The notes under the pieces: generated by a model
Told to the model about the DNA's origin: nothing
Databases searched by the model: none
The model's input: the letters and a program-made list of their open reading frames with translations, nothing else
Source: an uncultured SAR86 cluster bacterium
GTDB taxonomy: Bacteria > Pseudomonadota > Gammaproteobacteria > Magnimaribacterales > D2472
Reading direction: 5' to 3'
Assembly (NCBI GenBank): GCA_902622845.1
Contig: CACNRI010000002.1
Location: forward strand, 85,035 to 149,034
Length of the DNA stretch: 64,000 bases
In this document: piece by piece, positions 1 to 10,543 of the stretch
How positions within the stretch are numbered: position 1 is the stretch's first letter
How the letters are laid out: each line of letters opens with the position of its first letter
Translations under genes and position numbers: made by a program

Positions 1-50
1 AGATGGCTGCTCTAACCGCAATAAATGGAAGGATTGTAAAAGAGATTTAA
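1..50 (+). CDS. leuC: 3-isopropylmalate dehydratase large subunit, 3' end only (partial)
   Basis: Frame from nt 3 reads MAALTAINGRIVKEI*, resembling the LeuC C-terminal (P)xMAAAAAIxG motif; sits immediately before leuD. Confidence 0.75.
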   Translation, partial: MAALTAINGRIVKEI

Positions 51-51
51 G

Positions 52-681
52 ATGAAAGATTTTATTGAAGGCATTGTAGCTCCAATTGATAGAGATAATA
101 TAGATACCGATCAAATTATCCCAACAGAATATTTAAAATCTATTAAAAAATTTGGATATGAGGATTATCTTTTTGATGGCTGGAGATATAAAGATCAGGG
201 TCGTCTTGGAATGAAAAAAGGTGAAAGAAAAATCAATCATGAATTTATTCTTAACAATTCGCCTTATGATGAATCTAAAGTTTTGCTTACAAGAGATAAT
301 TTTGGATGCGGCTCAAGTAGAGAGCATGCAGTTTGGGCTCTCAGAGACTTTGGTATTGAAGTTGTTTTAGCAAGCTCATTTGGCGATATTTTTTATAATA
401 ATTGTTTCAAAAATGGTGTTTTACCGTTAAAGCTCAAAAAAACTGAAATTGAAAAACTATTTTCATTGTCTACAGATAGCCCAGTATCTATTTCAGTAAA
501 TATAAAAGATAAAGTTATACTTTTTAAAGATAAGCTCTCTATTGATTTTGATCTTGATAATAATTTAGCTGAAAGAATCATCTATGGCCTTGATGAGATC
601 GATATTACTCTTAAAGATTCAGAATTAATTAAGAAATTTGAAGAACATAGAAAAGAAAATAACCCATGGATTTTCGAATGA
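52..681 (+). CDS. leuD: 3-isopropylmalate dehydratase small subunit
   Basis: [24 protein letters not shown] and SFGDIFYNN motifs. Confidence 0.97.
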   Translation: MKDFIEGIVAPIDRDNIDTDQIIPTEYLKSIKKFGYEDYLFDGWRYKDQGRLGMKKGERKINHEFILNNSPYDESKVLLTRDNFGCGSSREHAVWALRDFGIEVVLASSFGDIFYNNCFKNGVLPLKLKKTEIEKLFSLSTDSPVSISVNIKDKVILFKDKLSIDFDLDNNLAERIIYGLDEIDITLKDSELIKKFEEHRKENNPWIFE

Positions 682-1763
682 ATAAAAAGATTCTTATTTT
701 GCCAGGTGACGGCATCGGCCCTGAAGTAACAAGTTCCGCAATAGAGATATTAAGATTTGTTAAAGATCTATACTCTCTTGATCTTGATATTGAAACTCAT
801 GATATTGGCGGAGCAGCCTATGATAAGACTGGTTATCCTCTTCCTAAAAAGACTTTGGAGATAGCTAGAAAATCTGATGCTATTCTCTTTGGAGCTGTCG
901 GTGGTCCAGAATGGGAGGATTTAGATTGGGATAAAAGACCAGAGCAAGCATTATTAGGATTGAGAAAAGAGCTAGGATTATTTGCTAACCTTAGACCTGC
1001 CTTCCTTTTTAATGAGCTTGCTTCAGCTTCACCAATAAAAGAGGAAATTATCAATGATTTAGATATCTTGATAGTAAGAGAGTTAACAGGCGGTATTTAT
1101 TTTGGTGAGCCAAGAGGAATTGATACTTCTTCAAACCCTCCACATGCTTTTAATACAATGATTTATGACGAAAAAGAGATCGAAAGAATTGGTCGAGTAG
1201 CTTTTGAATCAGCTCAAAAAAGGAATAAAAAACTATGTTCAGTAGAAAAAGCAAATGTTCTTGAGGTTTCAAAGTTTTGGAGAGAAATAATTACAAACCT
1301 ATCAAAGGAGTATCCTGATGTTGAATTGACACATCAGCTTGCTGACAATACCGCAATGCAATTAGTACTTGATCCCAATCAGTTCGATGTAATTGTTTCT
1401 AGTAATCTATTTGGTGATATTTTATCTGACATTGCTGCAACGCTAACTGGCTCTATTGGTATGCTTCCTTCCGCATCACTCAACAGCTCTTCTCAGGGAA
1501 TGTATGAACCATGTCATGGCAGCGCACCTGATATAGCTGGTAAAAATTTAGCAAACCCTTTAGCAATGATCCTCTCCCTAGCAATGGCTTTTAGGTACTC
1601 TCTTGAAAATTCTGAAGCAGCAAGCATAATCGAAAAATCTGTAAAAGAGTTTATCTCAAGAGGTTTTAGAACAAAAGATTTAACCGATGATTCATCCTTT
1701 TTAGAGACTGATGAAGTTGCTTCCGAGCTTATTTCAATAATCATGGAAAAATCTAATGTCTAA
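678..1763 (+). CDS. leuB: 3-isopropylmalate dehydrogenase
   Basis: [41 protein letters not shown]; ATG at 678 overlaps the leuD stop (ATGA). Confidence 0.97.
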   Translation: MNKKILILPGDGIGPEVTSSAIEILRFVKDLYSLDLDIETHDIGGAAYDKTGYPLPKKTLEIARKSDAILFGAVGGPEWEDLDWDKRPEQALLGLRKELGLFANLRPAFLFNELASASPIKEEIINDLDILIVRELTGGIYFGEPRGIDTSSNPPHAFNTMIYDEKEIERIGRVAFESAQKRNKKLCSVEKANVLEVSKFWREIITNLSKEYPDVELTHQLADNTAMQLVLDPNQFDVIVSSNLFGDILSDIAATLTGSIGMLPSASLNSSSQGMYEPCHGSAPDIAGKNLANPLAMILSLAMAFRYSLENSEAASIIEKSVKEFISRGFRTKDLTDDSSFLETDEVASELISIIMEKSNV

Positions 1764-2754
1764 GTTAGCTATAGTTGGAGCATCTGGATTGGTTGGAAGA
1801 AATTTACTAGAACAACTACAAAAAAGAGAATTTAAAATCGATGAGATTTTTTTATTAGGTAAAAAATCAGCTGGCTCTTCAATAAATTTTTTAGACAAAG
1901 ATTGCATAATTGAAGACATTGATGAATTTGATTTTAATAAGCCCGACTATGCAATATTGTCTGCTGGTTCTGATGTGGCAAGAGATTATGCGAATAAATT
2001 TATCGAAGCTAATTGTAAGGTTTTAGATATGTCTTCCTACTTTAGATATGATGATAATGTACCCCTTATAATTCCAGAGATTAATGGACATATCATAAGT
2101 AAGAAAACCAGTCTGGTTGCTAACCCTAACTGTTCAACAGCTCAGCTCTTGATGATCCTCGATCATATCCATAAAGAGTTTAGTATCGAAAGTGTAATGA
2201 TCACTACCTTTCAAGCAGTTTCAGGTGCAGGTGAGCAGGGTATAAAAGAGCTTGAAAATCAGTCTCAATCAATCTCTGCTGTTTACAATGTATTTTCTAA
2301 AGCCATAGCTGGAAATGTAATACCTCAGTGCGATAAATTTTTAGATAATGGTTTTACGAAAGAGGAAATGAAGCTCAACTGGGAAACAAAAAAAATATTA
2401 GATGAAAAAATTAATGTAACTTCCACTTGCGTAAGAGTGCCGGTAATAAATGGACACTCTGAATCAGTTTTTATAAAAGTAAGAAATGAAGCCTCAAGAT
2501 CAAGCATAATAAAATTACTTGAAGGCAAAGAGGGCATAAAAGTAATTGATGACCCATCAAAAGAAGCTTTCCCAACTGCTCTTGAAAATGCAAATAAAAC
2601 AAATGATGTTTATGTTGGAAGAATTCGTTCAAGTAAAATAAATAATGAAGATTGGATATCCTGCTGGATTGTAGCTGATAATGTGTTTGGTAAAGGTGCT
2701 GCTTTAAATGCAGTCCAAATCTTAGAATTAATGAAAAAAGCTGATGAAAATTAA
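1756..2754 (+). CDS. asd: aspartate-semialdehyde dehydrogenase
   Basis: GASGLVG Rossmann motif, NPNCST catalytic Cys, [27 protein letters not shown]. Confidence 0.93.
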   Translation: MSKLAIVGASGLVGRNLLEQLQKREFKIDEIFLLGKKSAGSSINFLDKDCIIEDIDEFDFNKPDYAILSAGSDVARDYANKFIEANCKVLDMSSYFRYDDNVPLIIPEINGHIISKKTSLVANPNCSTAQLLMILDHIHKEFSIESVMITTFQAVSGAGEQGIKELENQSQSISAVYNVFSKAIAGNVIPQCDKFLDNGFTKEEMKLNWETKKILDEKINVTSTCVRVPVINGHSESVFIKVRNEASRSSIIKLLEGKEGIKVIDDPSKEAFPTALENANKTNDVYVGRIRSSKINNEDWISCWIVADNVFGKGAALNAVQILELMKKADEN

Positions 2755-3952
2755 AAAGATAAGTTTTTTTCTTTTTTTTATAATTTTTTCATCACTTTTA
2801 TCATCAGAAATTACCTATTTATCTTCAAAAACATTTCAAGATGAAAATGCAATACAGATAGTAATATCAATTAATTCCACAGAAGAAATCTATAAAAGCG
2901 ATATCAGTATTTTTGAGTATCAAACATCATCTTCAATAAAAGATTCACTTTTTAATTTGAGTCTAAGTAGAGTAAATATTAGTGAATACAATTTAAGTTT
3001 TGAGAAACTAAAAGATACTGATACTCCTTATGCTCTATTCACAATTGAGATTAAAGATAACAGAAAAGACTTTTTTATTTTTCTTTCAGACGACTCATAT
3101 ACTTCTATTCTTCAAAATGAAACAGTTGAGGTCTCTAGCCCTCAAATTATTGAGGAAGAAAAACCTTCCAATGAGCTAGTCATATTAGCTGATGAAATTA
3201 CTACAGTCTGGTCTATGGCTGAATCGCTTAATTACGATGATCTTAGTATTTATCAAGTAATGTGGAGTATTTTCGAAAATAATAGAGGTGCTTTCATTGA
3301 CGATAACATTAATTTAATTAGAAATGATATGGATATTCTTATTCCTGAATTACAGTCAATTAAAGAAATTGATAAGTCTTATGCAAAGTTTAGTATTAGG
3401 GAGATGATAGATACCAATACTTTTGAGACACAGCAAATGCTTACATTGGTGGCTCCAGAACCAGAAGCAATTATTGAACAGGAAATTGAAGTAACTCAGG
3501 AAGAGAAAACCCAAAATTTTGATATCCAAAATCAAGAACAAACTACTTTAGACCCTCAAGCTATAATTGAATCTCAAACAAGAATAATTGAAATTGAAAG
3601 AAATGAGGAAATAGAAATTTCAAATGAAGAAATTAATTCTGGAGTAAATATTTTGCAACTATTAATAGTAAGTTTAGTAAGCCTTGCAGTAGGATTTCTA
3701 ATAGCAATTTTTTTAATAAAAAGGAATTTAGTTACTGCTAAAAATGAATCTAAACCAGATGATGCTTTATCATCGATGCCTAAGGGACTTAGTATCAAAA
3801 ATGATCCTTTCATTCAGCAGTTTGATTTAGCTATAACTCTATATGAAATGAAGGATTATGAAAAAGCCAGAATTTTATTAGATGAAATTATCGATAAAGC
3901 CAAAAATCAAAAACTTATTCAGCAGGCGGTTGATCTGAGATCAAAAATATAG
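2744..3952 (+). CDS. fimV: FimV/HubP-like polar landmark protein (short form)
   Basis: Signal peptide; FimV core-like QVMWSIFENNRGAFIDDNINLI; one TM segment; C-terminal DLAITLYEMKDYEKARILLDEI motif; conserved asd-fimV-truA order. Confidence 0.75.
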   Translation: MKIKKISFFLFFIIFSSLLSSEITYLSSKTFQDENAIQIVISINSTEEIYKSDISIFEYQTSSSIKDSLFNLSLSRVNISEYNLSFEKLKDTDTPYALFTIEIKDNRKDFFIFLSDDSYTSILQNETVEVSSPQIIEEEKPSNELVILADEITTVWSMAESLNYDDLSIYQVMWSIFENNRGAFIDDNINLIRNDMDILIPELQSIKEIDKSYAKFSIREMIDTNTFETQQMLTLVAPEPEAIIEQEIEVTQEEKTQNFDIQNQEQTTLDPQAIIESQTRIIEIERNEEIEISNEEINSGVNILQLLIVSLVSLAVGFLIAIFLIKRNLVTAKNESKPDDALSSMPKGLSIKNDPFIQQFDLAITLYEMKDYEKARILLDEIIDKAKNQKLIQQAVDLRSKI

Positions 3953-3961
3953 GGGTTAAAG

Positions 3962-4732
3962 TTGAAACTAGCCTTCAAGATTCAATATAAAGGAACTAAT
4001 TATTCCGGTTTCCAATCTCAAAAAAATGCTAACTCTATTCAAGATGAGCTTATAAGAGCTTTCAAAGGAATTTCTGTTGATAATGTGCAGATGAATTACT
4101 CAGGGAGAACTGATAAAGGCGTTCATGCGCTTGGTCAGGTTTTCGATGTAGTTGTAAGTCAGGATAGATCAGATATGCAATGGATCAATGGCCTAAATTC
4201 AAATCTTCCTAATGACATATCTGTAGTTGATTTAGATAAAGTAAATGACTCGTTTCATTCAAGATTTGATGCAATTGATAGAACATACTCTTATCTAATT
4301 TTTAATAGTCCATCAAGGAATGTTTTGCTTGATGATTTTTATTATTGGGAGCAAGCAGAGTTAGACATTAAGAGAATGAACGAGGAGTCCAAGTGCCTAA
4401 TTGGAAAACATGATTTCACATCATTTAGGAGTCTAAGTTGCGGATCTAATAATCCCGAAAGGAATATAAAAAAAATAGAAATTAATAAATTAGGAAATAT
4501 CATCGAAATAAAAATAACTGCAAATGCATTTTTACAAAATATGGTTAGAATAATTGTCGGGACTTTATTAGAAATTGGTAAATATCAAATTAAAATCCCA
4601 TTAAAAGAAATACTTGAAAGCAAGGATAGGAATAATGCTGGAACAACTGTAAATCCTAGAGGATTAATTTTTCTTGGCCCTAGTTATGAAAATATTACAA
4701 AGCTTAAACCGGAAAAGAGCCCTTTAATTTGA
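3962..4732 (+). CDS. truA: tRNA pseudouridine(38-40) synthase
   Basis: YKGTNYSGFQ, SGRTDKGVHA, FHSRF, FLQNMVRIIVG. Confidence 0.96.
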   Translation: MKLAFKIQYKGTNYSGFQSQKNANSIQDELIRAFKGISVDNVQMNYSGRTDKGVHALGQVFDVVVSQDRSDMQWINGLNSNLPNDISVVDLDKVNDSFHSRFDAIDRTYSYLIFNSPSRNVLLDDFYYWEQAELDIKRMNEESKCLIGKHDFTSFRSLSCGSNNPERNIKKIEINKLGNIIEIKITANAFLQNMVRIIVGTLLEIGKYQIKIPLKEILESKDRNNAGTTVNPRGLIFLGPSYENITKLKPEKSPLI

Positions 4733-4734
4733 AT

Positions 4735-5343
4735 ATGAAAATAAAAATTTGCGGAATAACAGAAATAGAAACACTTAATTTCCTTATTGAAAATGGAGTT
4801 GACTATGTTGGTTTTATTTTTCATGAAAATAGTCCTAGAAATGTTACTCATGCATTTATAAATGAGATAAAAAATATAGATTTTCAAAAAACTAGGCCTG
4901 TTTGTGTATTTGCTAATCCTGAAGAATCATTTGTTAACTCTTCATTAAGTTACTTTGAAAATCCAATCATTCAATTTCACGGCGATGAGTCAGAAGATTT
5001 TTGTAGATTATTTGATTGCGAATTTTGGAAAGCATTAAGGATAAAAGATTCGAAGTCTCTCGAAGACATGAAGCACTTCAAAAATGCACAAGCAATTTTG
5101 TGTGACACCTTTAAAGAAGGTATTTATGGAGGAACTGGAAGCAGCTTTGATTGGGAAATACTTAATACAGATTTATTCTTTGATAAAAAGATAATTCTTT
5201 CAGGTGGGTTATCTATTGAAAATTTAGAAAATGCCATAAAAATAAACCCATGGTGTCTAGATTTTAATTCTGGGGTAGAATCAGCTCCTGGCTTTAAAGA
5301 TCACTCAAAAATTATGGAAATACTAAGCTCAATAGAGAAATGA
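4735..5343 (+). CDS. trpF: phosphoribosylanthranilate isomerase
   Basis: [36 protein letters not shown]. Confidence 0.96.
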   Translation: MKIKICGITEIETLNFLIENGVDYVGFIFHENSPRNVTHAFINEIKNIDFQKTRPVCVFANPEESFVNSSLSYFENPIIQFHGDESEDFCRLFDCEFWKALRIKDSKSLEDMKHFKNAQAILCDTFKEGIYGGTGSSFDWEILNTDLFFDKKIILSGGLSIENLENAIKINPWCLDFNSGVESAPGFKDHSKIMEILSSIEK

Positions 5344-6536
5344 AAGATAACTTACCAGATAAAGATGGATTCTTCGGTGAATATGGAGGCAAGTTTGTTC
5401 CAGAAACTCTTATGTATGCCCTCAATGAACTAGAGCAAACTTATAAAACTCTGAAAGATAACAATGATTTTAATGCGGAGTTTCACAAAGATCTTGCAGA
5501 ATTTGTAGGCAGACCATCTCCATTATACTTTGCAAAAAGGCTTACAGAGCATTACAGGACCGCTTCTATTTGGTTAAAAAGGGAAGATCTAAATCATACG
5601 GGTGCTCACAAAATAAATAATACAGTTGGACAAATCCTTTTAGCTAAATATATGGGGAAAAAAAGAATTATTGCGGAAACTGGCGCTGGTCAACATGGAG
5701 TTGCAACTGCTACAGTTGCGGCAAGGCTTGGATTAGATTGTCATATATACATGGGATCTGAGGATGTACGGAGACAATCACTTAATGTATATAGAATGAA
5801 GCTTTTAGGTGCTGAAGTCCATGAAGTAAATTCTGGTTCAGCAACTCTTAAGGATGCCCTCAATGAGGCTTTAAGAGACTGGGTTACTAATATTGAAGAT
5901 ACATACTACATCATAGGCAGTGTTACAGGACCTCATCCATATCCGATGATTGTAAGAGATTTCAATGCAGTCGTAGGATATGAGTTAATTGAACAATCAC
6001 AAGAATCATTTGGAAGAATGCCAGATTCAATAATTGCCTGTGTTGGAGGTGGATCAAATGCAATGGGTATTTTTTATCCTTTTATTAAAATGGATAATGT
6101 AGAACTCATTGGTGTCGAAGCAGCAGGAAAAGGTATTGAAACAGGTGAACATGCAGCTCCATTAAATGATGGAACTCCTGGAGTGCTTCATGGTGCAAAA
6201 AGTTATTTGATGCAAGATGAAAGTGGACAAGTAAAAGGAACGGCTTCTATTTCAGCAGGCTTAGATTATCCAGGTGTAGGACCTGAGCATTCATGGCTAA
6301 AAGATATAAAAAGAGCTAAGTATGTTGCAGTTTCAGATGATGAGGTTATGAAAGCTTTTCATATGGTAAATAAAATGGAAGGAATATTGCCTGCACTAGA
6401 AACAGCTCATGCATTTGCTTACCTTGATGAGCTTATGCCAAAAATGAATGAAGATCAGCATATCGTTATCAACGTATCAGGAAGAGGCGACAAAGACTTA
6501 AATAGCGTGGTTGAAATAGAGGGTATCAAGCTTTGA
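5340..6536 (+). CDS. trpB: tryptophan synthase beta subunit
   Basis: [18 protein letters not shown]-Lys, [26 protein letters not shown]. Confidence 0.98.
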   Translation: MKDNLPDKDGFFGEYGGKFVPETLMYALNELEQTYKTLKDNNDFNAEFHKDLAEFVGRPSPLYFAKRLTEHYRTASIWLKREDLNHTGAHKINNTVGQILLAKYMGKKRIIAETGAGQHGVATATVAARLGLDCHIYMGSEDVRRQSLNVYRMKLLGAEVHEVNSGSATLKDALNEALRDWVTNIEDTYYIIGSVTGPHPYPMIVRDFNAVVGYELIEQSQESFGRMPDSIIACVGGGSNAMGIFYPFIKMDNVELIGVEAAGKGIETGEHAAPLNDGTPGVLHGAKSYLMQDESGQVKGTASISAGLDYPGVGPEHSWLKDIKRAKYVAVSDDEVMKAFHMVNKMEGILPALETAHAFAYLDELMPKMNEDQHIVINVSGRGDKDLNSVVEIEGIKL

Positions 6537-7318
6537 AAAGGATTGAAAAGAAGTTAAAAGAGCTTTCACAAGATAATCAAAAAGCTTTTGTTGGTTATAT
6601 AGTTGCAGGAGATCCTGATCTTGAAACTTCTCTTGAATTGATGCATTTAAGTGTTGATTCGGGGGTAGATATCTTAGAAATTGGCGTTCCCTTTACTGAT
6701 CCAATAGCTGAAGGCCCAACAATACAACAAGCTCATGATAGAAGCTTAGAAAATCAGACCAATCTGCAAAAAATTGTTGATCTTGTAGGCAAATTCAGAG
6801 AAAAAGATTCTAATACGCCAATTATTTTAATGGGATATATCAATAATTTCTTGATGTATAAAGATTTGATTAATAGATCTCATGATCTGGGTGTTGATGG
6901 AGTTTTGGTGGTTGATATTCCAGGTGAGCTGTCTCTTGAAGACTACGGTATTGATAATCAAGATTTGGATGTTATCTCACTTGTATCACCAACTACTTCA
7001 AAAGATAGAGTTAAGGAAATTGTAAAAAATAGTACAGGCTTTATTTATTATGTGACCTTGAGAGGAGTTACAGGATCATCAAATCTTGATGGAAATGAAA
7101 TTGAAAAAAATATTAAACATATAAAATCTATCTCATCTATTCCGGTGATGGCAGGTTTTGGTATCAAGAACAGCGACGACGCTAAGCTTCTCTCATCTTT
7201 TTCTGATGGAATTGTGATCGGATCTTCAATAGTTGAGCTTATTTATAAAAATTCAGAAAATAAAGACTTTCATGAAGTAAGTGATTATATTAGTAATATG
7301 AAAGATGCAATTAGATAA
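6533..7318 (+). CDS. trpA: tryptophan synthase alpha subunit
   Basis: [38 protein letters not shown]. Confidence 0.97.
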   Translation: MKRIEKKLKELSQDNQKAFVGYIVAGDPDLETSLELMHLSVDSGVDILEIGVPFTDPIAEGPTIQQAHDRSLENQTNLQKIVDLVGKFREKDSNTPIILMGYINNFLMYKDLINRSHDLGVDGVLVVDIPGELSLEDYGIDNQDLDVISLVSPTTSKDRVKEIVKNSTGFIYYVTLRGVTGSSNLDGNEIEKNIKHIKSISSIPVMAGFGIKNSDDAKLLSSFSDGIVIGSSIVELIYKNSENKDFHEVSDYISNMKDAIR

Positions 7319-8169
7319 TGAATTGGCTTACAAGATTAATTCCGTCAATAGGAAAGAGTTCTTCTAAATCAAAAAAAAGTAAGATTCCTGATGGTGTTTG
7401 GACATCCTGTCCTTCATGCGAATCAGCACTTTATAAACCTGAGTTACAAAAAACCTTATATGTGTGTCCAAAATGCGATCACCACTTAAGGATCGGTGCC
7501 AGAACTAGATTTAATATTTTTTTTGATAATGGTAATTTCACTGAAATTGCATCAAATGTTGAAACAAATGATCCTCTTGGTTTCAAAGACGTTAAGGCAT
7601 ATCCTGCAAGAATTAAAGAAGCAAAAAAGAATACTGGAGAAAGTGAAGCTTTATTGGTTGGATTTGGCAAACTTGATGGACGCTTGGTAACTGCTGCAGC
7701 ATTTGAATTTAAGTTCATGGGTGGCTCGATGGGAAGCGTGGTTGGAGAGAAATTTGTTCAAGGTATTCAGCAGGCAATAGAGACTAATACTCCATTTATT
7801 TGTTTTTCGACAAGTGGTGGAGCAAGAATGCAGGAATCAATGGTTTCTCTTATGCAAATGGCAAAAACATCTGCTGCAATACAGAAATTAAAATCAAATA
7901 AGTTGCCTTATATTTCTGTAATGGTTGATCCAATATTTGGAGGAGTATCAGCAAGCTTAGCAATGTTAGGCGATATCAACATAGCAGAGCCAAAGGCTTT
8001 TGTTGGTTTTGCAGGAAGAAGAGTAATTGAGCAAACGGTAAGAGTTGAACTGCCTGAAGACTTCCAAAAATCTGAATTTTTACTTGAGCATGGAGCAATA
8101 GATATGATTGTTCATAGATCAGAAATAAGAAGTAAAATAATTGGAATTTTGGATAAAATATCAAAATGA
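7318..8169 (+). CDS. accD: acetyl-CoA carboxylase carboxyltransferase beta subunit
   Basis: CPSC...CPKC zinc finger, FMGGSMGSVVGEK, SGGARMQE, FAGRRVIEQT. Confidence 0.97.
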   Translation: MNWLTRLIPSIGKSSSKSKKSKIPDGVWTSCPSCESALYKPELQKTLYVCPKCDHHLRIGARTRFNIFFDNGNFTEIASNVETNDPLGFKDVKAYPARIKEAKKNTGESEALLVGFGKLDGRLVTAAAFEFKFMGGSMGSVVGEKFVQGIQQAIETNTPFICFSTSGGARMQESMVSLMQMAKTSAAIQKLKSNKLPYISVMVDPIFGGVSASLAMLGDINIAEPKAFVGFAGRRVIEQTVRVELPEDFQKSEFLLEHGAIDMIVHRSEIRSKIIGILDKISK

Positions 8170-8549
8170 ATTTAGAAAAATTTGTTGGCTTAATATTTGT
8201 AATTCTAATGGGGTTAATAATTTTTATATTTGTATTGTCACCTCAACCTAAATACCAAGATTCAATTAGTTACCAGTTAGCCCCAAATGCAAGAAGCTTG
8301 ACTAAAGATGATTTTGAGATGTATGTAGTCAGAGTAAATGTTTTTGAAAATGTAGAAAATGCAAATGCATTAAAAAAGAATATTAATAATTATTTTCCAG
8401 CTTATACTGAAGCCTTGCCAAACGATAATGCTTTAACTGCTGTTTATGTCGGCCCTTTTAGAACAAAAGAGGATATTGATAAGAATATAGATTTTATATA
8501 CGAGATTTCAGAAACTAATTCAGGAGAAGTTGTTTTATGGAAACCCTAG
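8166..8549 (+). CDS. dedD: SPOR-domain cell division protein, DedD-like (very short)
   Basis: N-terminal TM segment; SPOR-like YVVRVNVFENVENANAL...VYVGPF; position upstream of cvpA. Confidence 0.7.
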   Translation: MNLEKFVGLIFVILMGLIIFIFVLSPQPKYQDSISYQLAPNARSLTKDDFEMYVVRVNVFENVENANALKKNINNYFPAYTEALPNDNALTAVYVGPFRTKEDIDKNIDFIYEISETNSGEVVLWKP

Positions 8550-9058
8550 GTCTTAATGTCACAGATCTAGTCATATTGTTTGTTATTGGCTCCTCAGGAA
8601 TCATTTCATTATTTAGAGGTTTTACAAAAGAGTTTTTATCATTATTATTGTGGGTTTTTGCTTTCTTTGCAGCGGTAGGCTTAGAGGGATATGTGACACC
8701 AAAAATTTCTGAGATTATTGGAAATGAAGAAGCTTCAAAAATTATTGCGTCCGTTCTCATATTTATAATTTCTATCATAATTGGCGGATTTTTGATCAAT
8801 TTGATTTCAAGAATAGTTAAATGGTCAGGAATGTCTGGCTTTGATAAATTTATGGGTGTATTATTTGGAATAGGTAGGGGCTTAATTGTAATTTTGGCAA
8901 TTTACTTTTTATTACCCTCGAGTTTGAAAGAATCTGAAATCTTTACTTCTTCAAAGATTTCACCATTTTTCGAGGAATTTTTGCCAGTTTTAGAGACTTA
9001 CATTAAAGAACTTTTAGCGGAATCAGATATTGAGGATATAGTTAAAGACGGGGAATAA
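8537..9058 (+). CDS. cvpA: CvpA family membrane protein
   Basis: RGFTKEFLSL and DKFMGVLFGIGRG motifs; upstream of purF. Confidence 0.92.
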   Translation: METLGLNVTDLVILFVIGSSGIISLFRGFTKEFLSLLLWVFAFFAAVGLEGYVTPKISEIIGNEEASKIIASVLIFIISIIIGGFLINLISRIVKWSGMSGFDKFMGVLFGIGRGLIVILAIYFLLPSSLKESEIFTSSKISPFFEEFLPVLETYIKELLAESDIEDIVKDGE

Positions 9059-9061
9059 AAA

Positions 9062-10540
9062 ATGTGCGGAATTATAGGGATTTCTGCAGAAAATAATGTA
9101 GCTGAAGAGATTTATGAATCTCTATTGATGCTCCAGCATAGGGGGCAAGATGCAGCCGGAATGGTTGTTTGTGAACCTAGCGGTAAACTTAATAGTCGAA
9201 AATCAAAGGGCTACGTGAGGGATGTCTTTCAGCAAAACCATATGAATAATCTCCAAGGTAATCTTGGTATAGGACATGTTCGATATCCAACAGCAGGTGG
9301 AATAGGTAAGGAATTTGCTCAACCTATGTATGTGAATACACCTTATGGTATAAGTCTAGCTCATAATGGGAATCTAACTAACTCAAAAAAATTAGCTGCT
9401 GAACTATTTCATGCTGAGAGACGTCATATAAATACAGATTCTGATTCAGAAGTTTTACTTAACATTTTTGCATTAGAGCTTTCCAAACAGGAAGCTGTAT
9501 TTCCAAAACCAAAAGATTTCTTTTCAGCTGTTGAGAAGACACACTTGAGAATTAATGGTGCATATGCAGTTGTAGCCTTGATTACAGGATATGGAATTCT
9601 AGCATTTAGAGATCCTCTTGGAATAAGGCCTTTATCAATTGGAATTAGAAAAGGAAAAAACAGAAATGAATATGTTGTATCTTCTGAAACTGCACTTTTC
9701 TCATCAACAGGTTTTAAATTTTTAAGAGATGTTGAGCCTGGTGAGGCTGTTTTTATTGATAATGCAGGGAAAATCTTCACTCAGCAATGCTCAACTTCTT
9801 CGCAAAAAAGGCCATGCATATTTGAGTATGTTTATCTCGCAAGACCCGATTCAACAATCGATGAGATATCAGTTTATAAATCGAGAATGAGAATGGGTCT
9901 TAAGCTGGCAGAAAGAATAAGAAGTCTTAATTTAGTTGATGAAATTGATGTAGTAATACCTATTCCTGATAGCTCAACAACTGCCGCCTTACAACTTGCT
10001 GCAGATTTAAATAAACCCTACAGGCAAGGGTTTGTAAAAAACAGATATATTGGTAGAACATTTATCATGCCTCTTCAAGAAGAAAGGAAAAAGTCGGTTA
10101 GAAGAAAACTAAATATTCTTGATCTAGAGTTTAAAGATAAAAACGTTTTACTTGTTGATGATTCAATTGTTAGAGGGACAACAAGCAAACAAATTATTGA
10201 AATGGTTAGAGAAGCAGGAGCAAAAAAAGTTTTATTCGCATCTGCAGCTCCTCCTGTTAAGTTTCAAAATCTATATGGTATTGATATGGCTGCTACGAAA
10301 GAATTAGTTGCTCATAATAAGTCAGAATCAGAAATTGCTGAGATTATTGGAGCAGATGAATTGATTTATCAAACTCTTAACGATCTTATTAGTTCTGTTC
10401 AAGAAGGAAATCCGGAAATTAAAGAGTTTGAGACTTCGATTTTCACTGGCAAGTATCCTACAGATATAGATGATGGATATCTTGAAAACCTTGAAGAAGA
10501 GAGAAGCGACATTGTCAAAATGTCAAAAACAAAAAATTAA
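9062..10540 (+). CDS. purF: amidophosphoribosyltransferase
   Basis: MCGIIG N-terminal Cys, QHRGQD, VDDSIVRGTTS PRPP loop. Confidence 0.98.
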   Translation: MCGIIGISAENNVAEEIYESLLMLQHRGQDAAGMVVCEPSGKLNSRKSKGYVRDVFQQNHMNNLQGNLGIGHVRYPTAGGIGKEFAQPMYVNTPYGISLAHNGNLTNSKKLAAELFHAERRHINTDSDSEVLLNIFALELSKQEAVFPKPKDFFSAVEKTHLRINGAYAVVALITGYGILAFRDPLGIRPLSIGIRKGKNRNEYVVSSETALFSSTGFKFLRDVEPGEAVFIDNAGKIFTQQCSTSSQKRPCIFEYVYLARPDSTIDEISVYKSRMRMGLKLAERIRSLNLVDEIDVVIPIPDSSTTAALQLAADLNKPYRQGFVKNRYIGRTFIMPLQEERKKSVRRKLNILDLEFKDKNVLLVDDSIVRGTTSKQIIEMVREAGAKKVLFASAAPPVKFQNLYGIDMAATKELVAHNKSESEIAEIIGADELIYQTLNDLISSVQEGNPEIKEFETSIFTGKYPTDIDDGYLENLEEERSDIVKMSKTKN

Positions 10541-10543
10541 TTC

